From: a virus | Lineage: Duplodnaviria; Caudoviricetes | DNA length: 40,870 nt | Direction: 5' to 3' (one strand) | Virus record (IMG/VR): IMGVR_UViG_3300038393_000751 | Coordinates: 1 to 40,870 of that record | Shown: positions 19,301 through 27,774 of the stretch, in pieces | Layout of the letters: each line of letters opens with the position of its first letter | Position numbering within the stretch: position 1 is the stretch's first letter | Program-made: the position numbers and the translations under genes | Notes under the pieces: model-generated | The model's database searches: none | What the model saw: the letters and a program-made list of their open reading frames with translations, nothing else | What the model was told of the DNA's origin: nothing

Positions 19301-22300
19301 TTCAATCCGCTGAATAACCCGACGAACATCAAAGCGTTTGCAGATGACCCGGATGCGTACCTCCTGCTTTCCCTGGAGCATTACGACAAGGACACAAAAA
19401 CCGCAAAGAAAGCGGCGATTTTCTCCGAGCGTACCGTACAAATGTACAAGCCAGCGGAAAGTGCAGGAACGTCGAAAGAGGCTCTTGTTATTTCTCTGAA
19501 CGAACGAGGCCGCATTGACCTGGGGCGCATGATGGCACTCACGGGCAAAAGCCAGGGCGAAATCATTCAAGACCTGGATGGCATGATCTATAACGATCCG
19601 CAAGGCGGCTGGGTAACAGAGGATGCCTATCTTTCCGGTAATGTGAAGGAAAAGCTGGTGGCAGCACAAAACGCTGCGGAGCTCGATCCTGCTTTCCAGA
19701 AAAACGTCGATGCGCTCATGAAGGTGCAGCCTCCAGACCTCCAGAAAGAGGAAATTGATGTTAAGCTCGGCTCGCACTGGGTAGATAAGGATTACATCAC
19801 GCAGTTTGCCGCAAATCTCCTACGGGAGCGGCCAAGCAGCTTTGAAGTCGGGTACAATAACTTGATTGCGGAATGGCACTTCAAACCGAAGGACAACGCC
19901 AAGTACATCCGCAACGGCACGGCAGCGACCATTCAATTCGGAACCAATGACTATGATGCCATTGACCTGATTGAAATGACGCTGAACATGAAGACAGCCA
20001 CCGTTCGCAGGACCATCAAGCATCCGGATGGCAGCTCCACTTCCTATGTGGATCAAAAAGCAACCGTGGCCGCACGGGAGAAGCAAAATGCCATCAAGGA
20101 AGAATTCCAAAAATGGATTTGGTCCGATGAGAAGCGGGCAAATGAACTGGTTCGCTTGTACAATGACAGGTTCAATACGGACCGGCTGCGGCAGTATAAC
20201 GGAGAACATCTGACCTTCCCAGGCATGAACCCAGGCATCACGCTCAAGCCTCACCAAAAAGATGCTGTGTGGCGGGCTATGCAATCCGGAAATACGCTGT
20301 TCGCTCATGCCGTAGGCGCAGGCAAAACGTTTGAAATGATCGCCTCCATGATGGAGCTCAAGCGCACCGGAGTTATCAATAAACCGATGTGGGTAGTGCC
20401 GAATCATTTGGTGGAGCAAATGGGATCGGACTTCATGAAGCTGTATCCTGCGGCAAATATCCTGGTAGCGGGAAATAAGGATTTCGAGAAGGAAAAACGG
20501 AAAAAGCTGTTTGCCAAAATCGCAACCGGGAACTATGATGCGGTGATTGTCCCGCATTCCAGCTTCGGCAAAATCTCCATGAGCAAGGATACGGTAGAGA
20601 AGTTTTACCAGGATCAGCTCGACCAGCTGGAGCTCGCTATGGAGCAGGAAGTCAAGGAAGGCAGCAGAAAAGAAACAGGACTCGCCAAGAAGCTGCGGGC
20701 CGCACGGAAAAGGTTACAGGAGAAGATGCAAAAGCAGCTCTCCAAAATCGAAAAGGACGATAACGTATCGTTTGAGGAACTGGGCGTTGATTCCCTGGTA
20801 GTAGACGAAGCACATGAGTTTAAAAACTTGTTCTATACAACAAAGTTAAGCCGTGTCGCGGGCCTCGGGAATCAGGAAGGATCAGGCAAAGCGTTCGACC
20901 TCTTTATGAAAACAAGATACCTCCAGCAGCTTAACGGGGGTAAGGGCGTTATTTTCGCAACCGGTACTCCGGTATCGAACTCGCTCGCAGAAATGTACAC
21001 ATTCCAGCGTTACCTCCAGTATAACGAGCTGGAAAAGCGGGGAATTGTGAACTTTGACTCCTGGGTATCGCAGTTCGGGGAAATCAAGAACGTCCTGGAG
21101 CTTTCCCCTGAAGGCAAGGGCCTGCGGATGCGCAGCCGTTTAACCGAAGTTGTAAACCTTCCGGAGCTTCTGCACTTATTCCGAAGCTTTGCTGATGTGA
21201 AAACAGCCGATGAACTGCTGGCAAAGAAGCTCATCACCCGTCCGGACATGAAAGACGGCAAACGCAACATGGTAGTTTCGCCTCCATCCGAAGCGCTCCT
21301 TAATTTGGTAGAGGAGCTGGCAGCACGGGCCGAAGCGGTACGCAGCGGCAAAGTGAAACCGGATGAAGACAACATGCTGGCGATTGTGGGTGAAGGACGC
21401 AAAGCGGCGCTCGACATGCGCTTGGTTGATCCTTCGGCTCCGGATTCCCCGGATTCCAAGGTGAATGTGGCCGCAGCTCATATTGCGGAGATTTACAAGA
21501 AGACGAAGAAATTCAAAACCGCAAGCGGGAAAACGATCGACAACGGTACGCAAATTGTCTTCTTGGACCTTTCCACCCCAAAAGGGGAGAAGATGGACAA
21601 AGACGGGAATACCGTAGTGGATGATTCCGTGGATGCCGCGGACATTTCCGTATACAACGACCTCCGCAAAAAGCTCATCAAGAACGGAGTTGCAGCCAAG
21701 GATATTGCTTTCATCCATGACTACCCGAAAGATGCGCAGAAGGAAGAACTGTTCCGGAAAGTCAATAGTGGCGAGATTCGCATTCTCCTGGGCTCCACGG
21801 CAAAAATGGGCGCGGGCATGAACGTGCAGAAACGGCTCACGGACCTCCATCACCTGGATGTACCTTGGAGGCCGTCCGATGTGGAGCAGCGCGAGGGCCG
21901 AATCCTCCGACAAGGTAATGAGAATGAGGAAGTCGGCATTCATGCGTACATCACGGAGAAATCCTTTGATGCGTACATGTGGCAGATCATTGCGAACAAG
22001 GCCAAAGTTGTGGATCAAACGATGTCCGGGGACCTCACTTCCCGCCGTGTCGTCGATCCATCAGGCATGGAAATGAGCGCTAATGAAATCAAAGCAGCAG
22101 CCACCGGGGATGAGCGCATTATTACCCTGGCGAACCTGGATCGGGATGTTGCGGAGCTGGAGCTCAAGTATCAATCCCGCGTCGATACACTTCGGCAGCT
22201 GCGCTGGGATGCCGAGCAAACCCCGCGGCAAATCAAAGGGTATCAGAATGAACTGGCCGCAGCTCAATCCGACCTTGCCAGCCGCAAAGACATGAAGGGC

Positions 22301-25300
22301 GAGAATTTCACCCTGGAGCTGGGCAAAAAATCATTCAAGGAACGAGAAGAAGCGGGGCAGGCACTTATTGACCTGAACAAAAAAACTGTAATGGACCATG
22401 AGGAAATGAAAACCATCGGTTCGTTCGGCGGATTCCCTGTTATCGTGCAAGGTTATAAGTACCTTTCGGATAAGGTTGCTCGCAATGAATATTATCTCAA
22501 GGGAAAACAAGCCTATTATCCATTCTCGGTTACGGATACGGCAGCAGGCACAGCAAGAAGCCTGGAAGCTGCACTCGGACGAATTGACGGAAGGGTAAAG
22601 GAACTCGGGGATAAAATCACCCATGAGCAGAGCGAGCTCGAAAAAATCCAGGAGCAGCTTGTAACCCAGGAACAAGAGGCTGCGGGCCTGCGGGAGAAAT
22701 ACAACGAAAAATTATCCGCGAAGCTGGCTCTGGAGGCTGAACTGAACCTGGACGGCAAAGCGGATGAAATCGGCGCAGAAGGATCGGATGAAGGAGATGA
22801 CTCCGGGGACGATGAAGGAACTCCGCCGCGGAAATCCGGAAAAAGCTATGCAATGCCATCCGCAGCAGCCGCGAAAAAACCGCGAAATACGGTCAAAACG
22901 CGCATTCAAGGGCTGGCGGATAGCATCCAGGAAACGGATCGTGTACTAACCCCAAGAGCCGCGGAAAAAGTGGCAGACCTGATTGCAGAACACCTGGGAA
23001 CGGCCATTCAAAAGGATTACGTTCAGCCAAGAGCCGAGGGAACCTATACCCCAAGCCAAGGCGTGGGCGAAGTCCGGGGCCGCAGCTTTAGCGAGTGGAG
23101 AACCGTAGGCCACGAACTCGGCCATGCCTTCTCGGATAAGCTGGCCCGCATCGGGGATAAAGAGGAACTACGAGCTATGGCCGATGCACTTTATCCAGGC
23201 GGGACGAAAAACATGGATGTAGCAACGCAAATGGAAGAAGGATTCGCTGAATTTTTCCGCCAGTGGGTTGCCGATCCGGATTTGGCTGCACAGAACGCAC
23301 CGAAAACCACAAAGCTCTTTGAAAACTTCATCGAAAGCGATAAGAAGCTGAAAAACGTATTCAGCCGCGTTCGGACTTTAGTCGATAATGACTTTATGAA
23401 CGATGAGCTGGGCCGTGCGGTGGCAGGCTCCATTGTGCATGATGTCACGGATGACGGCGAGGCTTACGGGGGCCAAATGTACTCCGTGCCAGCCTGGAGA
23501 AAACTAGAGTTTAACGTGCTGGATTCCACGGTCCCGGCACGGGCCTTGGATGCCAAAGTCGGGAAAGACCTGAATGATATTTCGCTGGAGAAGCTGATGG
23601 TGATTGGGGCCGAGTCTTCTTCCATGGCCGAGGCTTACTTTAACAGCATCCCGCGGGATAAAAACGGGGCTTTTGTCGGGGAGAAATCACTCAAGGATAT
23701 TTTCCAATCCGGGGTAAATCTCATCGGGGAGAAAATCCAGTGGAAGGCACTCAAATTGGATGGTGTCGAGGAAAAACAGTATAAACGGATGAACGCTAAG
23801 GACATCTTTAGTGCGGTGGCGATTGCCGAGCGGATTAACGAGCGGTATGAACGTGGATTCCGCAAGCTGCCGATGACTCCGGAAAGTGCCGCGAAAATCC
23901 TGGAGATTGCCGACCAGCGTTTCCCAGGGCTGCGCGACATCATTAACGACTATGCTGAAACACTTTCCAATGCAATCCTGGACATTTCCGTGAATGAGGG
24001 CATTATCACTCCGGAAGTACGGGCGATTGTCAAAGCAGGCTCCAGCCATTACATCCCGCTGATTACAGACAGCAAGAAAGCAAACCTCTTGACAGGAAAA
24101 AGCAAGAGCGGGCGGAGCTACAAATCCACCGTTTCCAGGTTCAAGGGTGAAGTTGCTCCCGTGCTGGATGTGTATCAGGCCACGATGATGAAGCTCAATG
24201 AGCTCGCCAAATCCGTGCAGTATAAGCGCGTTCTCGACCAGCTGAGTGAGTATGCACGGGTGCAGGATAAGAGCATCGGACTGTTCGTGAAAAAGATTCC
24301 GCAGCCGGTTGAGGCTTCCACATTCGACGCTGCCGCTGCCGCCGAGAAGCTCGGGAAAATGATGGGGCTTGACATGGCGGAGATTCAAGACATGGCCGAT
24401 TTGGTTCAAGGCCAAGACATGACGTTATTCACGCCAAAGGGCATTGGGAGCATCAATCCGAATGACCCGATCATCATGAACCGCTATAAAGGGAATATCG
24501 AGTACCTGAGAGTTGCACCTGACCTTTACCGGATGCTGACCTCCCTTTCTTCGGTGCAGATGAACGGCGTGATGCAGTTCCTTGCAAAGCTCTCGAAGCT
24601 GCCGCGATTCACGGGCCTTGCCACGGCTCGCTTTATGACCAACGCCGTGGCCGTGGACATCACGACCGCGCTGACGCAATCGAAGAACCCGCTTTCCATG
24701 ATGACCACGGGAACCTTGGAATCCATCAAAACGATGCTCGGAGCCTACGGGCATAAACTGGGGATCGACACCAAATGGACCCAGGAAGCCGAAGCGATCC
24801 TCGACGCATTCAAAGCATCCGGAGGAGCAGCGGGATCGGCAGAGTCCATGATTCGGACCGCAGCGGCCACCAGCTTCAAGGATGATGTGGTTCAAATGAA
24901 TGCTCCAGGCTGGGGATATGCGACTCTCCGGACCGGAAAGCGGATTGTGGTTCGCCTGATTAACACACCGCACGATGCGCTTCGCTTTATCGAGGAAGGA
25001 CCGCGGCTTGCGGAATGGATTACGGATGTTAAGAAAGGGATGAAAGAAATCCGCCCGGATTTGAGCTCCCGGGAACTGTTCAAAACCTTCATCAATGAAG
25101 GGACTGACAAACTCCCGGTTGAACTGCAATCGGAAATGGAGCGCATCCTGGTCAATGCGGCTTACCAGTCCGGGGAAGTCACACTCCCGCTCGGAAGACG
25201 TGGAGCCAGCCCGGTTGTACGAACCTGGACGGCCAGCGTTCCATTTATGCGCGGTTCCCTGAACGGTGCAACCAAGGCAGCTAAAATGATGTTCGGGAAG

Positions 25301-26449
25301 AAAACCGCACTCCGGACATGGCTTACATCAACGGTATTCATCGGCGGACTATCTGCTCTCATGTATGCCATGATGGGCCAGAACGAAGACGATAAGAAAG
25401 TTCTGGAAGACCTTCCGAGCACAACCCGGGATAAATACTGGGTATTCCCGAACGGTGCGGCTCCAGGAACTTACATCTACGTCAAAAAGCCGTATGAATA
25501 TGCCATTGCCGTGAATTACGCTGAACGCTTCGCGGATCAAATGTATTTTAAAAACAAAGTCTCGCGGAAATGGAATTCGGACCTTCGAGATCCACTTCCA
25601 AGCACCAGCTGGATGAGTCCATGGCTGCAAGCGTTGCGGGAGATTGAAAAAAATACAAACTCACTCGGCGGACCGATCATCCCGAGATCGGACGAAAACA
25701 AATTCCCGGCTGCACAGTATGGCCCCACAACCTCCGTTACAGCCCGGGAAGCTGCAAACCTTTATGCGCAGCTGGTCGGGGACGAAAACGGCATCAGCCC
25801 GAGGGTGATTGATTACTACATTAAGCAAACCACCGGACAATGGGGAGGCGGAGCGCTGGCCGGGGCAGACATGGCATTTAAGCTCGCGCAAACGGGTGAA
25901 TTGAAGTACGGGAAGGATATTTCCGGAGTGGAATACTCTCCTATACTGGGCTCCCTTGTGTACGGCAAAGCGGAAGGCTCCAGCCGAGTCGTGGATAAGT
26001 TTTATTCGGACCTCCAGACTACACAGAACCTTTACGCTACGCTTCAGAAGTATGCGAAGGAAAAGGATATTTCCAAATTGAGCGAATACGCTACTCCGGA
26101 GAATATCCAAAAACTGAAAATGCTGCCTGCCATGGAGTCCTTATCGAAGAACATGAGCGACCTCCGAAACGCTTATGGGGAAATCGAGGGGAAAGATGTA
26201 GACCCGATCAAAGCAGCCAGGTTGAATGCGGTTCAAGACTATTTGGAGAAGTATTTAGCTGGACTTCCATACGGATTCGAGCCTGCATATAACGAAAAGG
26301 CCGAAATCAGCCCAGCCCAGCTGGAGAACATGCGGCAAGCTTTTATGGCCGATGCGCAAAAGAAACTGGATAATGAGCTCAAGCATCCAGGAGGCGTCAC
26401 AGATGCCGCTGAACTCCTGCTAAAGTTGTACCAAAGGAAGCAGAAATAA
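13319..26449 (+). CDS. 4376-aa polyvalent DarB-like protein: zincin + N6-adenine methyltransferase + SNF2-like SF2 helicase + zincin + LPD38-like C-terminus
   Basis: HEAGH (~17201); NAHYT, VLEPSMGVG, IGNVPF (~18200-18490); AHAVGAGKT (~20303), DEAH (~20805), ATGTP, GAGMNVQ, QREGR; HELGH..EEGFAE (~23111); RDKYW..KKPYE..GGPIIP..ISPRVIDY. Confidence 0.9.
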   Translation: MPFDANGKYTPPGGWLSENRKKQKQEDEARTQQPNPDRLVERGDSPLSQLLTDYAYPDGTPAGPQYIQTNYATPDGTPAGPPFIQTNYSAPDGTPAGPPAPPQQPFQAPEWFNQSQANTDFTQPNRSSLSQMLDQLQTTAPTTTAPQPQPPSFFDRVGQGLVNTAKDAYNTISNDVSGLAQNALDYKHSLDQQFQNTLQSKAQEIKNDAQSVWDGAQKVGGILNRPFAFAAASMVPAAPIIENGQPVPGTDARAEWLQKYPLQSTGSETADKVLDSIGGMLGLFTPMGETNAPAMAQQAAHGLMEGTRVGQAAKNLYGDAAESAANFINNKFVPNNQIMDATNLVNQKLGPISADLARQAGENLATGTVAGMMFGAESPFITEGGDVSQLPQSIIDNGMMFGLGEAAAPFVGAGISKFASWGNQSLKQALFTGLSRAAEMQRGRVDVINPGESPSMNPRRNVMDAEVVNPDDMKFTLPSGADFETAVTSSVINKMDDQTRAQFNDFADESRAQGMSQEDATRVAMNELAKHPEGHQAIVDAVHEQIQSSQLGEQSKAPVDVEGVTGQTAEAFNPTHTGKPGSTRSGQDFMITPNGDGTVSFTNQDGTHQGSMGERSLNDNFDTKPTTPKKYANTDDLQSIRDAFETGKFKTLDDWKAQATPSQLEAYNTEPDFVHTLWNKFGNGTPDLPTPDQLSNMSRQELLSLKLQAFFSGDNKELTPEQIERNNQITDLVTSEINRRDGKTASDLQFPDIPEEQPQSQVPADAAVGDTVTLHGMNDQFTITSMNGKMITAKSSKGGELTVSKKAISGVVSGGEQAAAPEQPAETVDQMRSRLSGLVQQRNQIAGKPEHVQESNRLLHEIDALRKEIGNKLPTIREKVQEKERFEGNHPNWSDQVTSNIREFKPGDRVKTFHGVNPEEGHSVGTVSHIGWDGMVGIKYDSDAHPNLKNRMVNHGVHAVHYAEEGETSKVLDQKQLRDLKKQKEIETKGEKVSSSDDNSKPVTNHVSIQDGTVKVQARTKNLNHELLPRGFDAKSLTGMSYSFKLDDYIQAQKSGSGNVHYAAKKFTEKQFDYQGMLEKHEYAPMVDRIVDSQISAIEKAAEKLGVETPKAEDRKPKQPQPKAIYANENSLADEVGQWMKENYDKRFYEENPVVFREIAGMIEDYRSGKFDELAENGVLQQAGNNPFYAKPFEHFTGVKLPSESSEKELRSLLDASKKSPQSSETFAEQTIQVKDIPDIKVKVFHNAEDFNQEYRKYESEHAEGTGELEPKGFAHRKSNTVFLPPGYKDYVLHHEAGHLIYYHKKIKDVEQLTNDVRDKFFEWIEASNKVRPKAWSAYENMPNGPKKENIRKYLHDPSELFADAHAFYKTNKDAETLTPKTFAYFDSMYPSAADEPKQEADHPKAEERLSEQETHNNNDVQETKKEDATNGEQTDSLGAPSKETLGGTQAEDVPGTASEGAAGESSVRSPRADEGNAGGTDSEPGDELPGSVGSDSGNVAVPSGREDSSEPGNESSDLGSTGAGRELNTQGGNYVITEKDDLGLKGKKTSYKDNVRAIKLMKEIMAEGRQATAEEQAELVKYVGWGGIAEPFSPSWQVPQDWKAEYNELKELLTPDEWQLAADTILNAHYTSKEVIAAMYDGAAHLGFDGGRVLEPSMGVGHFLGLMPKELAKSSRITGIEIDNITGNIGKLLYPKSDIRVMGFEDAKLGNDMYDMAIGNVPFGKYGIVDMAYKNTGMLSAIHNYFFAKALDKVRPGGIVMFITSRYTMDARESGVRKYISNKADLIGAIRLPNTAFKKNAGTSVVTDILVLQKRAEGVPARDTSWIETRSMDFSGADYDVNSYFHDNPQMVLGTFDATGSMYRGGELTVNPKEGVNLQDAISQALKALPENIITPREKKATEEAQPREIVPAPGHIKENAFVVHNDSIYQKIEDQLVPVDVPGATVDRIKGMIGIRDAVREYLRLQLTEAPDSAINAARKHLNKVYDAFVKKFNPLNNPTNIKAFADDPDAYLLLSLEHYDKDTKTAKKAAIFSERTVQMYKPAESAGTSKEALVISLNERGRIDLGRMMALTGKSQGEIIQDLDGMIYNDPQGGWVTEDAYLSGNVKEKLVAAQNAAELDPAFQKNVDALMKVQPPDLQKEEIDVKLGSHWVDKDYITQFAANLLRERPSSFEVGYNNLIAEWHFKPKDNAKYIRNGTAATIQFGTNDYDAIDLIEMTLNMKTATVRRTIKHPDGSSTSYVDQKATVAAREKQNAIKEEFQKWIWSDEKRANELVRLYNDRFNTDRLRQYNGEHLTFPGMNPGITLKPHQKDAVWRAMQSGNTLFAHAVGAGKTFEMIASMMELKRTGVINKPMWVVPNHLVEQMGSDFMKLYPAANILVAGNKDFEKEKRKKLFAKIATGNYDAVIVPHSSFGKISMSKDTVEKFYQDQLDQLELAMEQEVKEGSRKETGLAKKLRAARKRLQEKMQKQLSKIEKDDNVSFEELGVDSLVVDEAHEFKNLFYTTKLSRVAGLGNQEGSGKAFDLFMKTRYLQQLNGGKGVIFATGTPVSNSLAEMYTFQRYLQYNELEKRGIVNFDSWVSQFGEIKNVLELSPEGKGLRMRSRLTEVVNLPELLHLFRSFADVKTADELLAKKLITRPDMKDGKRNMVVSPPSEALLNLVEELAARAEAVRSGKVKPDEDNMLAIVGEGRKAALDMRLVDPSAPDSPDSKVNVAAAHIAEIYKKTKKFKTASGKTIDNGTQIVFLDLSTPKGEKMDKDGNTVVDDSVDAADISVYNDLRKKLIKNGVAAKDIAFIHDYPKDAQKEELFRKVNSGEIRILLGSTAKMGAGMNVQKRLTDLHHLDVPWRPSDVEQREGRILRQGNENEEVGIHAYITEKSFDAYMWQIIANKAKVVDQTMSGDLTSRRVVDPSGMEMSANEIKAAATGDERIITLANLDRDVAELELKYQSRVDTLRQLRWDAEQTPRQIKGYQNELAAAQSDLASRKDMKGENFTLELGKKSFKEREEAGQALIDLNKKTVMDHEEMKTIGSFGGFPVIVQGYKYLSDKVARNEYYLKGKQAYYPFSVTDTAAGTARSLEAALGRIDGRVKELGDKITHEQSELEKIQEQLVTQEQEAAGLREKYNEKLSAKLALEAELNLDGKADEIGAEGSDEGDDSGDDEGTPPRKSGKSYAMPSAAAAKKPRNTVKTRIQGLADSIQETDRVLTPRAAEKVADLIAEHLGTAIQKDYVQPRAEGTYTPSQGVGEVRGRSFSEWRTVGHELGHAFSDKLARIGDKEELRAMADALYPGGTKNMDVATQMEEGFAEFFRQWVADPDLAAQNAPKTTKLFENFIESDKKLKNVFSRVRTLVDNDFMNDELGRAVAGSIVHDVTDDGEAYGGQMYSVPAWRKLEFNVLDSTVPARALDAKVGKDLNDISLEKLMVIGAESSSMAEAYFNSIPRDKNGAFVGEKSLKDIFQSGVNLIGEKIQWKALKLDGVEEKQYKRMNAKDIFSAVAIAERINERYERGFRKLPMTPESAAKILEIADQRFPGLRDIINDYAETLSNAILDISVNEGIITPEVRAIVKAGSSHYIPLITDSKKANLLTGKSKSGRSYKSTVSRFKGEVAPVLDVYQATMMKLNELAKSVQYKRVLDQLSEYARVQDKSIGLFVKKIPQPVEASTFDAAAAAEKLGKMMGLDMAEIQDMADLVQGQDMTLFTPKGIGSINPNDPIIMNRYKGNIEYLRVAPDLYRMLTSLSSVQMNGVMQFLAKLSKLPRFTGLATARFMTNAVAVDITTALTQSKNPLSMMTTGTLESIKTMLGAYGHKLGIDTKWTQEAEAILDAFKASGGAAGSAESMIRTAAATSFKDDVVQMNAPGWGYATLRTGKRIVVRLINTPHDALRFIEEGPRLAEWITDVKKGMKEIRPDLSSRELFKTFINEGTDKLPVELQSEMERILVNAAYQSGEVTLPLGRRGASPVVRTWTASVPFMRGSLNGATKAAKMMFGKKTALRTWLTSTVFIGGLSALMYAMMGQNEDDKKVLEDLPSTTRDKYWVFPNGAAPGTYIYVKKPYEYAIAVNYAERFADQMYFKNKVSRKWNSDLRDPLPSTSWMSPWLQALREIEKNTNSLGGPIIPRSDENKFPAAQYGPTTSVTAREAANLYAQLVGDENGISPRVIDYYIKQTTGQWGGGALAGADMAFKLAQTGELKYGKDISGVEYSPILGSLVYGKAEGSSRVVDKFYSDLQTTQNLYATLQKYAKEKDISKLSEYATPENIQKLKMLPAMESLSKNMSDLRNAYGEIEGKDVDPIKAARLNAVQDYLEKYLAGLPYGFEPAYNEKAEISPAQLENMRQAFMADAQKKLDNELKHPGGVTDAAELLLKLYQRKQK
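13478..13613 (+). repeat. three 45-bp coding repeats (Y..PDGTPAGP)
   Basis: YAYPDGTPAGPQYIQTN / YATPDGTPAGPPFIQTN / YSAPDGTPAGP. Confidence 0.85.
17610..17903 (+). CDS. 97-aa helical protein nested in the +1 frame of the giant gene, TnpV-like
   Basis: AAGGAGG 17594-17600, 9-nt spacer, ATG 17610. WG..AK.HW.EHRPKMY.EL...GQL...L reads as a globular protein, while the host frame here is a low-complexity linker. Confidence 0.75.
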   Translation: MASRLTAWGLQAKKHWAEHRPKMYRELQAKGQLEKALYAAQELTKETLAELIANQGMSYQEAWEAIREMWLFLPDEKTVPSLGTSPATWEAPEQDES

Positions 26450-26536
26450 GGTACAATGTGGGTAGGCATCAAGACGAGCTCCTTCAAGGAGCCTTTACCA
26501 CGGATTTATTCCGGGGTGGGGGCTCCTTTTTCTTTT
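26448..26536 (+). promoter_or_regulatory. intergenic element B (homologue of A): -10-like box, palindrome, terminator hairpin
   Basis: TACAAT 26452-26457; GCTCCTT-C-AAGGAGC 26478-26492; stem AAGGAGCCTTTACC-A-CGGA..TCCG-G-GGTGGGGGCTCCTT followed by TTTCTTTT. Confidence 0.7.
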
Positions 26537-26563
26537 GGACCTTCAGGGAAAGGAGGAATGTGA

Positions 26564-26980
26564 GTGGAAAGACTGGAAAAATACATTAACGGTGCGACCG
26601 CGGTGATTGGGGCGGTTGTTGGGTACCTGTTCGGAGGGTGGACGTTGTTGCTGCAAGTTGTTATTGCCTTGACCGTGGCGGACTATATTACGGGCCTTGC
26701 CGCGGGATACGTAGAAGGCACCTTGAGCTCCAAGACCGGCTTCCGTGGGGGTGTCAAAAAGGCGCTTATCTTTGTGATAATTGCCGTAGCTCATATGGTG
26801 GATCGGCTCATCGGGGAAGGGAACACCGTCATGACGGCAGCTTGTTTTTTCTACATTTCAAACGAGCTTTTATCCATCCTAGAGAACTGCACAAGAGCGG
26901 GCCTGCCGACTCCGGAAATCCTCAAGAAAGCACTCTTGATCTTGAAAGACAAAGGTGGGAATGGCAATGACGCTCAGTAA
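26564..26980 (+). CDS. phage holin (holin_4_1 / toxin-secretion holin family)
   Basis: GYLFGGW, DYITG, LSS..GFRG..KK, NE.LSILEN..R.GLP.P motifs; RBS AAAGGAGG. Confidence 0.92.
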   Translation: MERLEKYINGATAVIGAVVGYLFGGWTLLLQVVIALTVADYITGLAAGYVEGTLSSKTGFRGGVKKALIFVIIAVAHMVDRLIGEGNTVMTAACFFYISNELLSILENCTRAGLPTPEILKKALLILKDKGGNGNDAQ

Positions 26981-27584
26981 AGATGATTGGTGGGAGAAGG
27001 CAAAAGAGGCCAGTGCTATCATTTCCTGGTTCCCTACGGTCATTCTCTGTCAATGGCAGCTGGAAACGGGCAATTTCAAATCCGCGAACCTTCTGAACAA
27101 CAACAACATTGCGGGCCAAACCTGGCAACCGTACATGGGCGAAGCTATGAAGGGGACGGCGCGGCCAGCAAATGAGGGCGGGTATTATATCCGGTATGCC
27201 GATCCGGTTGACGGGTATGTGGACTTTATCCAAAAGAATCCCCGTTACTCCCATGTGAAAGACGCCTCTACCGAGGAAGATCAAATTCGGGCTATTGCGG
27301 CGGCGGGCTGGGCAGCAGACCTGGAGTATGCCGATAAGCTCATCGACATCCTGAACGGGAACAAAGCACAGGGCTACGTCCTGGAAGTAAAGGAGGATGA
27401 CACCTTGGAACTCTTGGAATGGGAATGGAAGCAGCTCGGGGATTCGCTGCACGGTCTATATCAAAAGGGCCTCATCAGCGACTATAACTGGGCGGATAAA
27501 GCCTACGAGATGAAACTGACGCTAAGTGAGCTGGCCTATCTGAACATGGTCATTTTGGCTCGGCAAAACGGAGTCGAAGCGTAA
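26967..27584 (+). CDS. endolysin with glucosaminidase/lysozyme-like (GH73-like) domain and C-terminal helical domain
   Basis: VIL.QW.LETG, NN.AG, AGWAAD..YADKL pattern; follows the holin; start moved to ATG 26967 on RBS spacing. Confidence 0.8.
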   Translation: MTLSKDDWWEKAKEASAIISWFPTVILCQWQLETGNFKSANLLNNNNIAGQTWQPYMGEAMKGTARPANEGGYYIRYADPVDGYVDFIQKNPRYSHVKDASTEEDQIRAIAAAGWAADLEYADKLIDILNGNKAQGYVLEVKEDDTLELLEWEWKQLGDSLHGLYQKGLISDYNWADKAYEMKLTLSELAYLNMVILARQNGVEA

Positions 27585-27598
27585 AGGGGGTGAACACC

Positions 27599-27646
27599 TT
27601 GGCGAAAAAAGGCGGCATGAAATCAGGCGGCGGCAAAAAGTGTTAG
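27599..27646 (+). CDS. 15-aa basic micropeptide MAKKGGMKSGGGKKC
   Basis: Strong RBS AAGGGGGTGA, TTG start, stop just before a terminator. Confidence 0.5.
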   Translation: MAKKGGMKSGGGKKC

Positions 27647-27655
27647 GCAAATAGC

Positions 27656-27696
27656 AAAAAGAGCCTCGGGGAACTCCCTAGGGCTCTTTTTCTTTT
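27656..27696 (+). terminator. intrinsic terminator ending the late/lysis operon, probably bidirectional
   Basis: AAAAAGAGCC..GGCTCTTTTTCTTTT. Confidence 0.85.
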
Positions 27697-27722
27697 CTGG
27701 CGAAGGTTTTATACGATTATAT

Positions 27723-27765
27723 AAAAAATACCCATATCCTGCAAGTGGGTGCAGTATGGGTATTT
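27723..27765 (-). terminator. hairpin with U-tract on the minus strand
   Basis: AAATACCCATA..CTGCA / TGCAG-TATGGGTATTT with an A-run at 27723-27728. Confidence 0.65.
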
Positions 27766-27774
27766 GCTCTAAAG

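Noticed and set aside
21866-22076. GGAGG-N7-ATG alternative-frame ORF inside the helicase
   Set aside because: Arises from codons of the conserved PWRPSD motif; the product is not protein-like and the main frame is constrained
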